Below are positions 43,999 to 57,482 of a DNA stretch of 64,000 bases, in pieces; the first letter of the stretch is position 1, and each line of letters opens with the position of its first letter. The stretch is taken from the NCBI RefSeq assembly GCF_009914755.1, contig NC_060926.1; one strand, written 5' to 3'. The notes beneath the pieces were generated by a model. That model had not been told where the DNA came from, ran no database searches, and saw only the letters and a list, made by a program, of their open reading frames with translations. The translations under genes were made by a program, and so were the position numbers. This DNA comes from the human T2T-CHM13v2.0 reference genome, Homo sapiens.

Positions 43999-44760
43999 TG
44001 TATCAGTCAGGGCACAAACAGTGAACAGAAACGAAACAGAAGTTTGAACAGAGAAGATTTCATACAAAGTGTTTTTAACCGTAATAGGAAACTGGAGTAA
44101 TGAGGTATTGGCTAGAAGAAGTAAGGAGAACCCTAAGCAGTGTGGGGCTAGCAGACATAAGAAGCCATCACTATATCTTGGGCTGAGATAGTGTGCCCAA
44201 GGAGGAGGCTGCGCCCCCAACCCCAAAGTCTGGAGGTCATAAACAAGGCCCACTATATAGTAGAAAAGTCACTGTGCTAGCAGAAATTAAACATGTTTTC
44301 TAGGGTTCTAGGGAAGGTTTCATGGTGTGGGGGACGGGGTATCCCTGTCTCACCACAAGCTACTAAACTACCAAGGGCAGGAGTGTTTTCCATAGGGTGA
44401 CTAACTTGTCCTGGCTTGTCCAAAAATGCCTATTTTTAAAGTATAAAGTCCCATATGCCACAAACACCCGCAGTCTTGAGCAAACCAGTATGGTTGGTCA
44501 TCTGGATTTCTGATAACAGCTTCTGGCCACTAGGAGCTTGTGGCTGCTGAGCACTGCAGATGCTGAGCACTGGAGAAACTGCACACACTACGAGAGCCTG
44601 GCACTAGAACTTTGCCCATGTTGCAGACACTGGGCACTGAGGAAGCCATGGGTGCTGCAGGAGGTGAATGCTGGAAAAGCCACACACATTGCAAGAGCCA
44701 GCTGACAGTGCAGAATTAAGGCTTGGAGAAATTATGTCATGGGGATATATTAAAGAATGT
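43999..44760 (-). mobile_element. Old ERVL-type LTR (family uncertain)
   Basis: Begins tgtatcagtcaggg...cagaaac, typical of reverse-oriented ERVL/MaLR LTR ends; GC-richer body; right boundary uncertain. Confidence 0.5.
44393..44505. mobile_element. MER81-like hAT-Blackjack MITE
   Basis: Terminal inverted repeats tagggtgactaac ... gttggtcatctg with internal aaagtccc. Confidence 0.75.
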
Positions 44761-46493
44761 GACATCATATCACATTTCACCTCCTTCATATTAAAGAAGA
44801 TGATATACTTCAGAAATGCAGTAACTAAAAATGACCCTAATTAATTTCATTCCTTGGGACAATTTCATTGACTCTTCCAATTAGTGAATAATTCCAGTAC
44901 TCCCCAACAAGGTTCTGCACAAAGGACAACCATACATGTGTTTTTTGAAATGGGACTGGAAAGTCAATAGACAATATCTTACCTGGGGTTGGGCTAGTGG
45001 CATTGATCGTGGACTCTCAGATTCCTTGAGAACACATGAACGCTGCTGCATGAAACTAGCAAACCACTGGCTACTTAGAGGGTTTAGCAGAAGACGTAGA
45101 GCGGCAAGACAAGTAAGCAACATGCTTTTCTGGGTCGAGCTGGGTAAGAAGATTTTGTAAGGACCCATGCAGCTCCCTAGTGTCTTGATACTTGTGGGGG
45201 CTGGAGAAATGTCTGTCGTGTACTACCAACTGGTCACAAATAAGCATGAGTGTTTTCATGAGCCTCCTAGATATATGTGTATCTCTTAACTCCACAATCT
45301 AAGATTACAAAGTAAGAAACAGGCAAGCTCACCAGCTAGAATCAGAGCATAAAAGCACTGACATCAAGGTCCAAACTGCCCGCACCTGTGGCAATTGACT
45401 AAACTCCAGGAAAACAGAATCCATTATTGACCCACGAAACAGACTTCCCACTAAGAAGGAGTAAGCAGGCTCCTTGTAGAGAAAGGAACCAAGCCTGGAA
45501 GGCTTTTAACTTACCTCCTTCACAAGCAGCTGAAATAATGAAGCAATGTTGTCCAGCTCACTGTCCTGCAGAGAGGAAGAAGACCTAAAATCAGTTTGAA
45601 CAAAGTCAAAGGAAATCCAAAAATTGACAAGGAAGTAAGTTAATGTTATCTGAGTGACCCTTATTCGTGAGTTAAGAACTTCTATAACTTTACATTTCAT
45701 ACTGCATTTCCTCCTAACAATTTTGTGAGTTACATTTTATTATCCTCATTTTACAAGTGAAAAAGGCGAGGCTCCTGGAGTTGAAGGAAATTGACCAATT
45801 TTTCAAGAACTAATAAGTGTCAGACCCTGGAGTCACACAACATTCTCTTCTCTAATGGGCTATGAGTAGACATGGCCCTTATTTTGACTTAAAATAATAA
45901 TCAATAGAAAAGAATAAGAGTAAAGTACATTATATTATACTTGCTTTTGTTTATGAATAAGATAATGCTTCAAAAGAAAACACAATTGTAGAATTCAGGA
46001 AATCACTTCAATGAATATTCTATCCTCTGGGTGTTCCCAGAGGGAGGAAGAAACTGCCACATTCTCTGGCCACCTTGACTTCTCTCCAATGCCTTTAAAT
46101 AGATTTTTAAAATCGTATCTAGTTTTCTAGTTCTTCCTGATGTGAAGTTTGCTGTGCTGCAAACTAGTTAATCATAGTCAGAATTGAAAGATAAACAATT
46201 TTTAGAAGGAAATTGGTCATTATCTGACTGACTTTTAATTATGTGCATATATTAAGCTAGTACATACACTTCTAAAATTTGTCCTAAACACAAGTCACAT
46301 ATATGTATGAAAACATATGTGGAAAGGTTTTACTGTATTTTTCCACAATAAAAAAATTAGAAAATATTTAAATTATTTCAATAGAAGAGTTGTATTATAT
46401 ACATGATAGTATATTTATTCAATGGAATATTATGCATCAATTATAAAGAATGGAAATAAAATTACATTATATTAACATTGACAAATCATAAAG

Positions 46494-47681
46494 GGATCCT
46501 TATTTCTTACCTTATATGAAAATCAACTCAAGATGGGTTAAAGACTTAAATCTAAGAACTGAAACTATAAAAATTCTAGAAGATAACATTGGAAAAACCA
46601 TTCTAAACATTGGCTTAGGCAAGAATTACATGACCAAGAAGCCAAAAGGAAATGCAACAAAAACAAAGATAAATAGTTGGGACTTAATTAAACTCAAGAG
46701 CTTTTGCACGGCAAAAGGAACAGTCAGCAGAGTACAGGGACAACCCACAGAGTGGAAGAAAATCGTCACAAGCTATACATCTGACGAAGGACTAATATCC
46801 AAAATCTATAACAAACTCAAGCAAATCAGTAAGAAAAAAACAAACAATCCCACCAAAAAGTGGGTTAAGGACCTGAAAAGACAATTCTCGAAAGAAGATA
46901 TACAAATGGCCAACAAACATGAAAAAATGCTCAACATCACTGATGATCAGGGAAATACAAATCAAAATCACAATGTGATACCACCTTACTTCTACAAGAA
47001 TGGCAATAATTGAAAACTCAAAAAACACTAGATGTTGGCGTGGATATGGTGATCAGGGAATGCTTCTACACTGCTGGTGGGGATGTAAACTAGTACAACC
47101 ACAATGGAAAACAGCGTGGAGTTTCCTTGAAGAACTAAAAGTAAAACTACCATTTGATTCAGCAATTCCACTTCTGGGTATCTAGCCAGAGGAAAAAAAA
47201 AGTCATTATACCAAAAAGATATTTGAACACGCATGTGTACAGTAGCACAATTTGCAATTACAAAATCATGGAACCAACCAAAATGCCCATTAATCAATGA
47301 GCGGATAAAGAAACTGCAGTATATTGATATGATGGAATATTACTCAGCCATAAAAAGGAATGAATTAAAGGCATTTTCAGTGACCTGGATGAGATTGGAG
47401 ACTATTATCCTAAGTGAAGTAACTCAGGAATGAAAACCAAACTTAGTATGTTCTCATTGATATGTCGGAGCTCAGCTATGAGGACGCAAAGGCATCAGAA
47501 TAATACAATGGACTGTGGGGACTTGGGGTAAGAGTGGGGAGGTGAGAGATAAAAGACTACAAATATGGTGCAGTGTATCCTACTTGGGTGATGGGTGCAC
47601 AAAAATCTCACAAATCACCACTAAAGAACTTACTCATGTAGCCAAATACCACCTGAAGCCCAATAACTTATGGAATAAAAA
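46494..47681 (+). mobile_element. 5'-truncated L1PB1-like element
   Basis: ORF2p C-terminal ORFs at 46516-47433; 3' UTR gctatgaggacgcaaaggcat...caaatcaccactaaagaacttactcatgta. Confidence 0.93.
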
Positions 47682-48963
47682 GGTTAATTATTGAGTGTAG
47701 GAGTTGTTTCATAGCAATAAATACAGTAAGTTCCACTAATGTAAAGTAAAAAGGTATGAGTGTATTTAATGTATAAAATGTAGACAAGATGTAATGCTTT
47801 TCAAAATAGTCTTTAATGAAGACACATATTTTATTTTTTAATTTTAAAAGTTGGCAGGCCAGCCCTTTTATAAAATTTGATTAAAATGAATAACTGATTA
47901 CATCTTTTATTACCATGAGAATGTCAATTGCTATAAAAGTTTCTAAACATCTCTGTAGACTGAAAACTACCCTTTCCTAGGCTGGCATAGCCCATCAACT
48001 GCCCTTCAAGTAGCATAGATTAAGACTTTCCGCAAACTACCGTAAGTAATTTTAGGCATGATTGGTAGTGAAAGTTAGACCATACATTAAATTGAATTGT
48101 TAAAAATCTTATAAGCTTAGTATACACGTTTTTGTTACTTGCATACAAAATATTTAAAGGAGAGTTATCCACTATTTTATTGGTATGGTCTGATCTGTCC
48201 CAGCTATTATATATGTGATTTCTTCAAACATGCAATTTTTTTATTTTTCGTTTATTAATTTTAAAGAAATGTATTAACCTCTAATTATAATACATTCTCT
48301 GTACTGGATCCTTTTCTTAGGCATCAATTCTGAATGAAGTATCTTCTTTTGTAGACTTATTTTTAGCGTATAAATTTAATTCTAAAGCAATTGACCTCAG
48401 ACCTCTCCACATTGTATATTTATCATGTAACATAAAATCAATGATCAAAGATACAGTGAATTTTAAAAATGCATTGTAGTATTTCTCTTCAGTTGAAGTA
48501 ATCACTTTGAAAGTGTGCATTGTTGAATAATGGCCGAGCATACTTATCTTCCTGAATCAGCTGCCAAGGAGACCAGGAACCAACTTTCAGTGATTACTGA
48601 AATGCATATCAACAAGTGTCTTTTCCTTTTTTCTATTTATTTAAGACCTATATTTTGTGGACCCACAGTAAACTAGTATAATATATTATATCATAGTTGG
48701 TTGATATCAGCTGTCCTTCCATGTACATATACGTGGCTCTTCGAATAAAAATGTGGAGTCTAATTCTCCCCTTGAATTTGGGCTGTTAGGAACTTATAGA
48801 TTGCAGTTAAAGTCATGCTGTGAGACTTTGAGGCTATATCATAAAACGGGCATTTTGACTCTTTATGTCTCATTTATTTATGTATTCATTCACTCACTAA
48901 TTTATTTGTGCAGCAAACACAAACAAATATCTGTTACATTTTGTGATGTTGAAAGAGCCGTAA

Positions 48964-49445
48964 TATTACCAAGCAATCAACACGCTCTTTGCCTGATGTG
49001 CATAGAGGCGAATACCATGGTATGGGCTTTCAACCAAGGAAAAGCTTTATTTCTAGTCAACTGGCAAGCAGACAAGAGGATATGCTCAAATCTGTCTCCC
49101 TAAGCTCGAGTTTGGGTCAGCTTTTATAAACATAGGATAGTGAAATGTAATCTGATTGGATCTTATAATGAGGTGGTGCTGAGGGGCATGATCTGACTGG
49201 TCCTGCCATGAGATTACACCAGAGCTTGATCTGACTGAATCCTGGATGCTCCCATGGGGTGTCCATTTCTAAATTCAGTCCGCGCTCCTCAGACTGAGCA
49301 CTTAGGGTCCCCCTGTGGCTGTACACTTGCTACATCTGGGCGTGCTCAGGTTGCATGACTTTCAACCTGAGAGTCCATGGCAACTATAAAACAACTCATA
49401 ACTTTGTAATGTAAAAGTTGTAGCAGATTGGCCTGATGCAGTTAA
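48964..49445 (-). mobile_element. ERV1-class solo LTR (MER4 group; subfamily uncertain)
   Basis: Reverse poly(A) signal gctttatt, gctcaaatctgtctccct motif, reverse TATA cttttata, repeated gatctgact/gattgg. Confidence 0.65.
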
Positions 49446-49649
49446 AATAGCTCTGAACAGACATGTACTTATCACCGTATTAATGTAATCCATGTAAGTG
49501 CAGATTTTTCTGGCACTCAAGAAAAGGGATACTGATAGTCTTCTCCCAAATAATCAAACACCATTGATACGTTTGATACTTCCTAAATTTATATGTACAC
49601 ATAAGTGTATTACTGTATGATTCATACCTATGCTATCAGCTACCTGCTG

Positions 49650-50440
49650 AATACACCACCATGAAGATATTTTATTGGTTAGCTCAGACATGATAAATCA
49701 ATGATGTTTTTCCTCTCAAATCTGTGTTTCATTATGTATTTTTTATATTGGTGAATGTTAGAAGTATTCACACATTTGCTCAGGTCAACCTTTATTCATC
49801 CCTTTGCCTAATAATGAGTCAGTGACCAAATCCAGTTAATTTGGTGTTCTCAAATATCTCTCCCAATTATCTCAATACCCCATCTCCTCAAATTATCTAT
49901 AGACTCCCATGTTTTCTATAATTGAATATTAAAATAACTCTTTATATTATTCTGTCTCAAGTCCATTTGGAACATGACAGCTTGTGTTGCATTTTTCCCC
50001 CCAAAGTTAAAATGTGTTAGATCCCTGTCTTGATTAAAACGTTTCAGTAGTTTCCCATTGTGTTCATTGTGAATTCTACTCCATAGCACAGGATGTGTAA
50101 GACATTTATGATCTAACCTTTCCTAATTATTTCAGATCTGTCCGTCAGCTTGTATTCCCTCACATGCAAAGTTTCAATCAAGCTAAACCTGCTCTTCCCA
50201 ACACTTATCATCCTCTGTTACCTCTTGGCTTATGCATTTGGCATTTGCTATGCTGAATATTTAAACTTCTCCTATTCATTTTTGCCTGGTTAAATTTCAT
50301 TCTTCCCTAATTACTCAGCTTAGATGTTACCTTCTAGTGAAGAAATCTCTGAGCATTTAAATGTATTTTATTGGTTTCTCTATAGTATTTTAGCACCTTA
50401 CGTACTTTCGCACAGTGCTAGTATCTAGCAGACAAATAGT
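49650..50440 (+). mobile_element. Degenerate L2 3' region
   Basis: cagtgaccaaatcc; cctggttaaatttcattcttcc...ctcagcttagatgttaccttct; gcacagtgctagtatctagcagac. Confidence 0.55.
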
Positions 50441-53291
50441 CAATAGTAACAATTACTATTATTTATATTTAGTGGCTACAGTTGTGACCACATCAACAAA
50501 TGTAAAAGAAAAACTAATAGACTAGAAGGAAATGCAGTGAAAATTATTGCAGTTGTAAAGTATAAAAAAAGTTTTCGCAAAAATAAGCTTATATTGAAAT
50601 AAAAAAGATGCATTGAAATTTTTTCAAATGAAAAAGATTTGCTCTTTGAAAATCACTATTAAAAATGAAAAGGCAAGCTAGAGACTTGGATAAAATATTT
50701 GCAACACCTATTTAAGAGGACTTGTATCCTAAATATATAAAGCCCTCTTTTAATATGATAACATAAAAACAATATACAAAATGGGCAAAGATTTTAAGAG
50801 ACTCTATAAAGAAATATGGATAGTTTTTGCCAGTTTCACTGGGGAATGGGTATGCAGAGTTCCTTATGTGGTCATACCAGAATTTAATATTTTAGGGGGT
50901 GTTTTTAATATTATTTTACCAGTATAAGTAGACTTTGTTTAACAATAAAATTTTTAATGGATTTCCAGAGTGTTTACAGACAATTTTCAGTTATTTTATT
51001 GAGAAGCTATATTGACTTATTTTCCAGTGACACAAAATGTAATGCATTTACTAAAATTTCAGGTGCTCTTTTCTTTACTCTTATTTATTTCTTTTTTTAT
51101 TTTCATTTTTTCAGAGGTTTGCCAATCAGAACTTTGAATTTAATTTTGTAAAAAAGAAAACAAAGAAAGTCAAATAAGCAGGCTGTGTGCTTTTTCTTCC
51201 TACAAGACTGCTATCATCTGGGTAACCATGCAGTCCTTCTGGATGAAACTCAACAAATCTTGAGTATGACAGACCATCTTCAATATGAATGTCTATCACT
51301 AATTTGTTATTTTTTCCAGTTAATTCAAGGACACCGTACTCTATTCTACCCATTGTCTCTTTTGCATTGAACCCACCATTATATTTATAAAAATGATAGT
51401 TTCACTCCAGAGAACTGGAAACATAAAACATTTTATATGTACCTACAACATATGCTGCATACATGGACAGAAATTAAATTGATTTCCTTTATTCCTTGAT
51501 CCTTATTTTCAACATCAGGGATGAAGCAGGAGTTTAAATATGTACATTTATGTGCACATGTGGAAAATATGCTAATTGAAAAAGTCATAGATATGGAAAA
51601 TATGCCACAGTTCTCATTTTTAACTTACTGTTCATGGAATCTAAAAATATGATAACTACTACCTTGGTAGATGGAGTGGCAGGGGGGCCTGTTATTTTTG
51701 AGGCTGCTATCCATGGGGAAAAATAATTAAGAATTGATACATAAATCAGAGAGAAAATGAAGAATTTGCTGTCATAAAATTTATGAAACATAGAGTTTGA
51801 AAATGACTGATAGTATTTACTGAGTACATGTTATTTGCCAAGCAAGGGGCAAGTAAGGAACTAAGTAGTTTATGCAAGATAATTACCTTAATTTTCACAA
51901 GAATGTGAGGCATAAATTTTAATTATGGCCTTTTTACAGATGATCAAACTGAGGTCATGAGAGGTTAAGGAACTTATCTGAATTCACATGAAGCTGAAAT
52001 GCATCGTACGTAGCTTAGAGACTAACAGTTACAACAAAAATGTTCAAGAGGATGTGTTGCTTTTAAGATAACAAAGCTATACCTATTGAACAATTTGCAA
52101 TTCCCATCTGATAATGATGATCACGATTGTAAGCGTGTGCATGTATATAATGTGTAAGTTGTGTGCACCTACACATAGTTGTGTGTGTGTGTGTTTTAGT
52201 ATATAAATAGGTATGGCATACCTGCACAGATGTAGTTATATACACACTTAATATGTATATGGGTAGAGAGAAAGGACAGAGAAACAAATATGGAAAGTGC
52301 AAATAAAGGCTCTGAAAACAATGAAGTGAAACAGATTTTGATTTGTATTGATTAATGGATTTAGTGATACTATTATCTCCCTGCTGAAAATAAACTGACT
52401 CTAATAATTCAAATTACAGCTATTTGGAAATCATGAAGTTTATGAAGTATTTGAAGATACTGACAAAATTTGCTTTTGCCAGGTCAGAGCAAACTTTGCC
52501 AAATAAAGTTGAATAAAATTGACATAATACTAATAACTTAATGAAAATAATAGAATACATTGTTTTACACCTTACTAAGAGTGTATACTGTGGAGATACA
52601 ATGCTAATGAGATGTGCAAACTAATCTCAGTGAGACAGCCGATATTGCATTTTGTCCTGTAAAATTTGAAACTAATAGCATGCAGACAACATTCTTGGCT
52701 TTCAAACTAAAGTTAAATGGTAGTGCCTATTGAGAAAGTCATGGGCGCTGCGGGCTCAATATTGGTCATTAGAGATGTATAATTGAGCTACAATTATGGT
52801 AAACATGTGACAGTTTTTTAAAACACTGGCAACCTAAGAAAATATATCTTTATAATAAAATGTATTTCCTAAATTTCAAATTGTGGATAACTTAAATTTT
52901 TGAAAATCTATAATAATTTGCCAAGGAATATAAAAATTACAGAATGACAAATCATCAATTAAATATAAGATCCAAGTTTTAGATTTAAAAAAATCTTTGT
53001 AACCATAGTGTGTTTTAATTGCATTTTCATGATTCATTTAAATTCTAACTATTTTAGAAATAAGCCACATAATATGCTATGGTACAATACAAACCATTCC
53101 AGCACCAGGGGAGTTGGTTTTGCTCTCAGTTTAAGGGCTGGAACTTATCTTGTGGGAATGTGATAAAATTATTCTTAACTCTAAGGGATTTTCTAACTCT
53201 TTGCATAGAATAGCCTTTTTGTTTCATTACAGTATGATTATTGAGAAAGGAACCTGGTTTAGAGAAAGATTTTCCCAAATTATGAGCATTT

Positions 53292-53455
53292 TTTAATTTT
53301 TAATTTTAATTATTATGGCTGCATAATAGTGATACATATTAATGGGATACATATGATATTTTGATGCAAGCATGCAATGTATAATGATCAAATCAGGGTA
53401 ATTGGGGCAGGCATCACCTTAAACATTTATCATTTCTTCGTGTTAAGAATATTCC
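53292..53455 (-). mobile_element. L1MA 3' end, antisense
   Basis: tgtataatgatcaaatcagggtaattgggg...atcaccttaaacatttatcatttc. Confidence 0.85.
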
Positions 53456-54327
53456 CATTTTGGTTTTGATTTGCATTTCTCTAATGACCAGTGATGATGG
53501 GCTTTTTTTCATATGTTTGTTGGCAGCATAAATGTCTTCTTTTGAGAAGTGTCTGTTCATATTCTTTTCTCACTTTTTGATGGGGTTGTTTGGTTTTTTT
53601 CTTGTAAATTTGTTCAAGTTCCTTGTAGATTCTGGATATTAGACTTTTGTCAGATGGGTAGATTGCAAGGCTGTGGAGAAATAGGAACGCTTTTACACTG
53701 TTGGTGTGAGTGTAAATTAGTTCAACCATTGTGGAAGACAATGTGGCGATTCCTCAAGGATGTAGAAACAGAAATACCATTTGACCCAGCAATCCCATTA
53801 CTGGGTATATACCCAAAGGATTATAAATCATTCTACTATAAAGACACATGCACACATATGTTTATTGCAGCACTATTTACAATAGCAAAGTCTTGGAACC
53901 AACCCAATGCCCATTAATGATAGACTGGATAAAGAAAATGTGGCACATATACACCATGCAATACTATGCAGCCATGAAAAAGGATGAGTTCATGTCCTTT
54001 GCAGGGACATGGATGACGCTGGAAACCATCATTCTCAGCAAACTAACAAAGGAGCAGAAAGCCAAACACCGCATGTTCTCGCTCGCATGTGGGAGTTGAA
54101 CAACGAGAACACATGGACGCAGGGAGGGGAACATCACACATCAGGGCCTGTTTGGGGGTTAGGGGCAAGAGGAGGGAGAGCATTAGGACAAATACCTAAT
54201 GTATGCGGGGCTTAAAACCTAGATGATGGGTTGAAGCAAACCACCATGGCACATGTATACCTATGTAACTAACCTGCACATTCTGCACATGTATCCCAGA
54301 ACTTAAAGTAAAATTAAAAAAAATAAA
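53456..54327 (+). mobile_element. 5'-inverted, truncated L1PA7/8-like element (antisense 53456-53668; sense 53665-54327)
   Basis: Strand switch at gattgcaa|ggctgtggagaa; 3' UTR gcggggcttaaaacctagatgatggg; A tail. Confidence 0.93.
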
Positions 54328-54330
54328 ATC

Positions 54331-55392
54331 CCGGAGGAGGCAGAGCATGAGTGAATAAAAGCCTCCACAGATTGTCCTCCTGGCAGGAATACCAAACTGA
54401 ACTACAATCCACACAACAAAGCACCTTCATAATAACCAAAAATCAGGTTAGCTATCATAGTACCTGGTTTTAATATCATATCAAGGAAAGGCACTGAAGA
54501 GGGTAGAAAAGACAGTGTGAATTGCTGGCATCACTCCACCCTCATCTTTTTGCAGTGGCCACGCTACTCAGAGAGAGAATCTAAGTGCTTTGAGAAGAGA
54601 GAGCACAGTAATTGTGGGACTTTGCATTGGAACCCCGTGTTGCCCTGTAACAGGGGAAAGCAACACCAAGCAGAACTCAGCTGACACCCACAGAGGGAGA
54701 ATTAGACCAGCCCTATCCACGGGGCAATCACTCATCTCAGCAGTTGGGACCTGAGTTCTAGCTAGCCCCACTACCATGAGATAAAGGGCTCTGGGTTCCT
54801 GAATAAACTTGAGAGGCAGTCTAGGCCACAGAATTGCAATCTCAGACAAGGCCTGGAGTTGTTCTGGGCTTGGACCCATGGACTTGTGGGGCATGCAATC
54901 CAGTGAGACACCAACTGGGAAGGTCCAGGGAATGAATACAAGTTGTAGGCAGGAAGTAGTCACCATGAGCCTGGGGTGGTGGTGGCCACAGGGAGAGACT
55001 ATTCTACTTGTATAAAGGGGAAGGAAGAGTGGGAAGGATTTTGTCTCATGGTTTGGGTGCCAGCTCAGCCACAGTAAAACAGAGCATCAGGTAGATTCCT
55101 AAGGTTTGTGACTTCAGGCCCTGGCTCCGGATGGCATCTTGGAGACCACCAGGAACTGGAGAGAACTCATTGCCCTGAAGAAAAGGACATGATCCTGGCT
55201 GGCTTTGCCAACTGCTGATTGTAGGGCTCTGAGGCCTTGAGTGAACACAGGCAGTACCAAAGCAGTGGTTATCACAAGCCTTGGGTGAGACCGAGTGCTG
55301 TGATGGTTTAGATCTGACCCAGCACAGTCGCAGGGGTGGTGGCCACAAGGGTGCTTCTGTCACTCATCCCCCAGCTCCAGCAAGATCAGGAA

Positions 55393-55439
<47 letters not shown>

Positions 55440-56899
55440 GTTGGTTTGGGAGAAAGTAAGGGAAGAGAACAAGAGTCTCTGCCTGGTAATCCAGAGAATT
55501 CTCCTGGATCTTATTCAAGATCACCAAGGTGGTACCTCTACAAATATGCAATAGCCACAACACTACTGGCTGTGTAGCAGTAGATATGGCTGCAGTGACC
55601 AAAGATGTAGATTACAACACCCAATTCCTTTTGAAGACCTGGAAAGCTTTCCCAAGAAGGATGGGTACAACCAAGGCCAGGCAGCAAAGACTAAAATAAT
55701 ACCAAACTCTTAAATGCCCAGACACTCTTGAACATCCACAAGCATCAAGACCATCCAGGAAAACTAGTCCATTTGGTGAAGCCATGTTTTCCTGGATAGT
55801 CTTGATGCTTGCGGTTGTTCAAGAGTGTCCAAGATTGGAGTGACCAATTGGAGAGACAGAGATATGTGACTTCTTGGACAGAAAATTCAAAAGAGCTATT
55901 TTGAGGAATCTCAAAAGAATTCAAGATGATACAGAGAAGGCATTCAGAATCTTATCAGAGAAATTTAACAAAGAGATTAAAATAATTAAAAAGAAATTCC
56001 GGAGTTGAAAACACAACTAAAATACTGAAGAATGTATAAGAGTTTCTTAACCGCAGATTCATCAGGCAGAAGAAATAATTATTGAGCTTGAAGACAGGCT
56101 ATTTGAAAATACACAAATGAGACAAAAGAAAAAGAAATAAAAGAGAAAGAAGCATGCCTACAAAATCTAGAACACAGCCTCAAAAGGGCAAATCTAAGAG
56201 TTATTGGTCTTAAAGAAGAAGTAGAGAGAGAGGGATAGAAATTTTATTAAAAGGGATTGTAACAGAGAACATCCCAAAGCAAGACAATGGTATCAATATT
56301 CAAGTTCCAAAAAGTCGTATAACACTAAGGAGATTTTGCCCAAGTAAGAATACCAGAAGACATTTAATAATCAACTCCCAAAGGTCAAGGATAAGGAAAA
56401 TATTTTAAAAGCATCAGGAAAAATATAAGTACAATATGTTATATAACAATTAGTCTCTAATATATCTGGCAGCATTCTCTGTGGAAACCTTATAGGCCAG
56501 GAGAGAGTGGCATGACCTATTTAATTTGCTGGAGGAAAAAATAAATGTTGGTGAGGATATGGAGAATAGGGAACCCAAGTACACTGTTGGTGATAATGTA
56601 AATTATTACAGCCAGTGTAGAGAACTGTTTAGATGTTCCTCAAAAACTAAAAATAGAACTTTCACATGATTCAGCAATCCCACTGCAAGATATATACCCT
56701 AAAAAAGGGAAATCAGTATATCAAAGAGATATCTACACTCCCATGTTTATTATGGCACTCTTCACAGTAGCCAAGATTTGGAAGCTACCTAAGTGTCCAT
56801 CAGCAGATGAATGTATTAAAGGAAATGTGGTACATATACACAATTGAGTACTATTTGCCCATAAAAATGATTGTGATCCTGTCACTTGCAAACACATGG
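54331..56899 (+). mobile_element. L1MA-type element: 5' UTR and most of ORF1 joined at ~56540 to ORF2 3'-end sequence
   Basis: GC-richer 5' UTR; ORF1 homologous to 1500-2300; then gtgaggatatggagaatagggaaccc...gatcctgtcacttgca. Confidence 0.85.
55393..55440. repeat. (GA)n/(GAGACA)n microsatellite
   Basis: Seen directly. Confidence 0.95.
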
Positions 56900-57482
56900 G
56901 TTAATAATATTCTGTGGTGTATATGTACCACATTTTTTAATCCATTCATCCATTGATGGACACTTATGTTGATTTCATATCTTAGTTATTGTGAATAGTG
57001 TCATAATAAATATGGGAGTGCAAATATCTCTTTGATATATTGATTTTCTGTTTTTTTTTTTTTTTTTGATATTGTATTAGTCCATTTTCATGCAGCTAAT
57101 AAAGACATACCCGAGACTGGGTAATTTATAAAGAAAAAGAGGCTTAGTGGACTCACAGGTTCACGTGGCTGGGGAGGCCTCACAATCATGGTGGAAGGTG
57201 AGGGAAGAACAAAGGCATGCCTTACATGGCATCAGACAAAGACAGAATGAGAACCAAGGGAAAGAGGTTTCCCCTTATAAAATCATCAGACCTCTTGAGA
57301 TACATTCACTACCAAGAGAACAGTAGGGGGGAAACCACCTCCATGATTCAATTATCTCCCACCAGTTCCCTCCCACAACACACTGGAATTATGGGAGCTA
57401 TAATTCAAGATGATATTTGCGTGGAGACACAGTCAAACCATATCAGATATGTACCCGGAAGTGAGATTGCTGGGTCATATGA
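56900..57482 (-). mobile_element. L1MA ORF2 3' fragment, antisense, split by THE1
   Basis: tccattcatccattgatggacactta...atatctctttgatatattgatttt / gtgagattgctgggtcatatg. Confidence 0.85.
57073..57445 (-). mobile_element. THE1C-like solo LTR
   Basis: tgtattagtcc...aaaccatatca; TSD gatat at 57068-57072 and 57446-57450. Confidence 0.93.

Noticed and set aside
51115-51221. Strong plus-strand acceptor at 51114
   Set aside because: Only a weak donor follows and the reading frames are unremarkable; insufficient support.
54568-55602. Cluster of ORFs in GC-richer sequence suggesting a gene or promoter
   Set aside because: L1MA 5' UTR plus a (GA)n repeat; CpG-depleted, not a CpG island.
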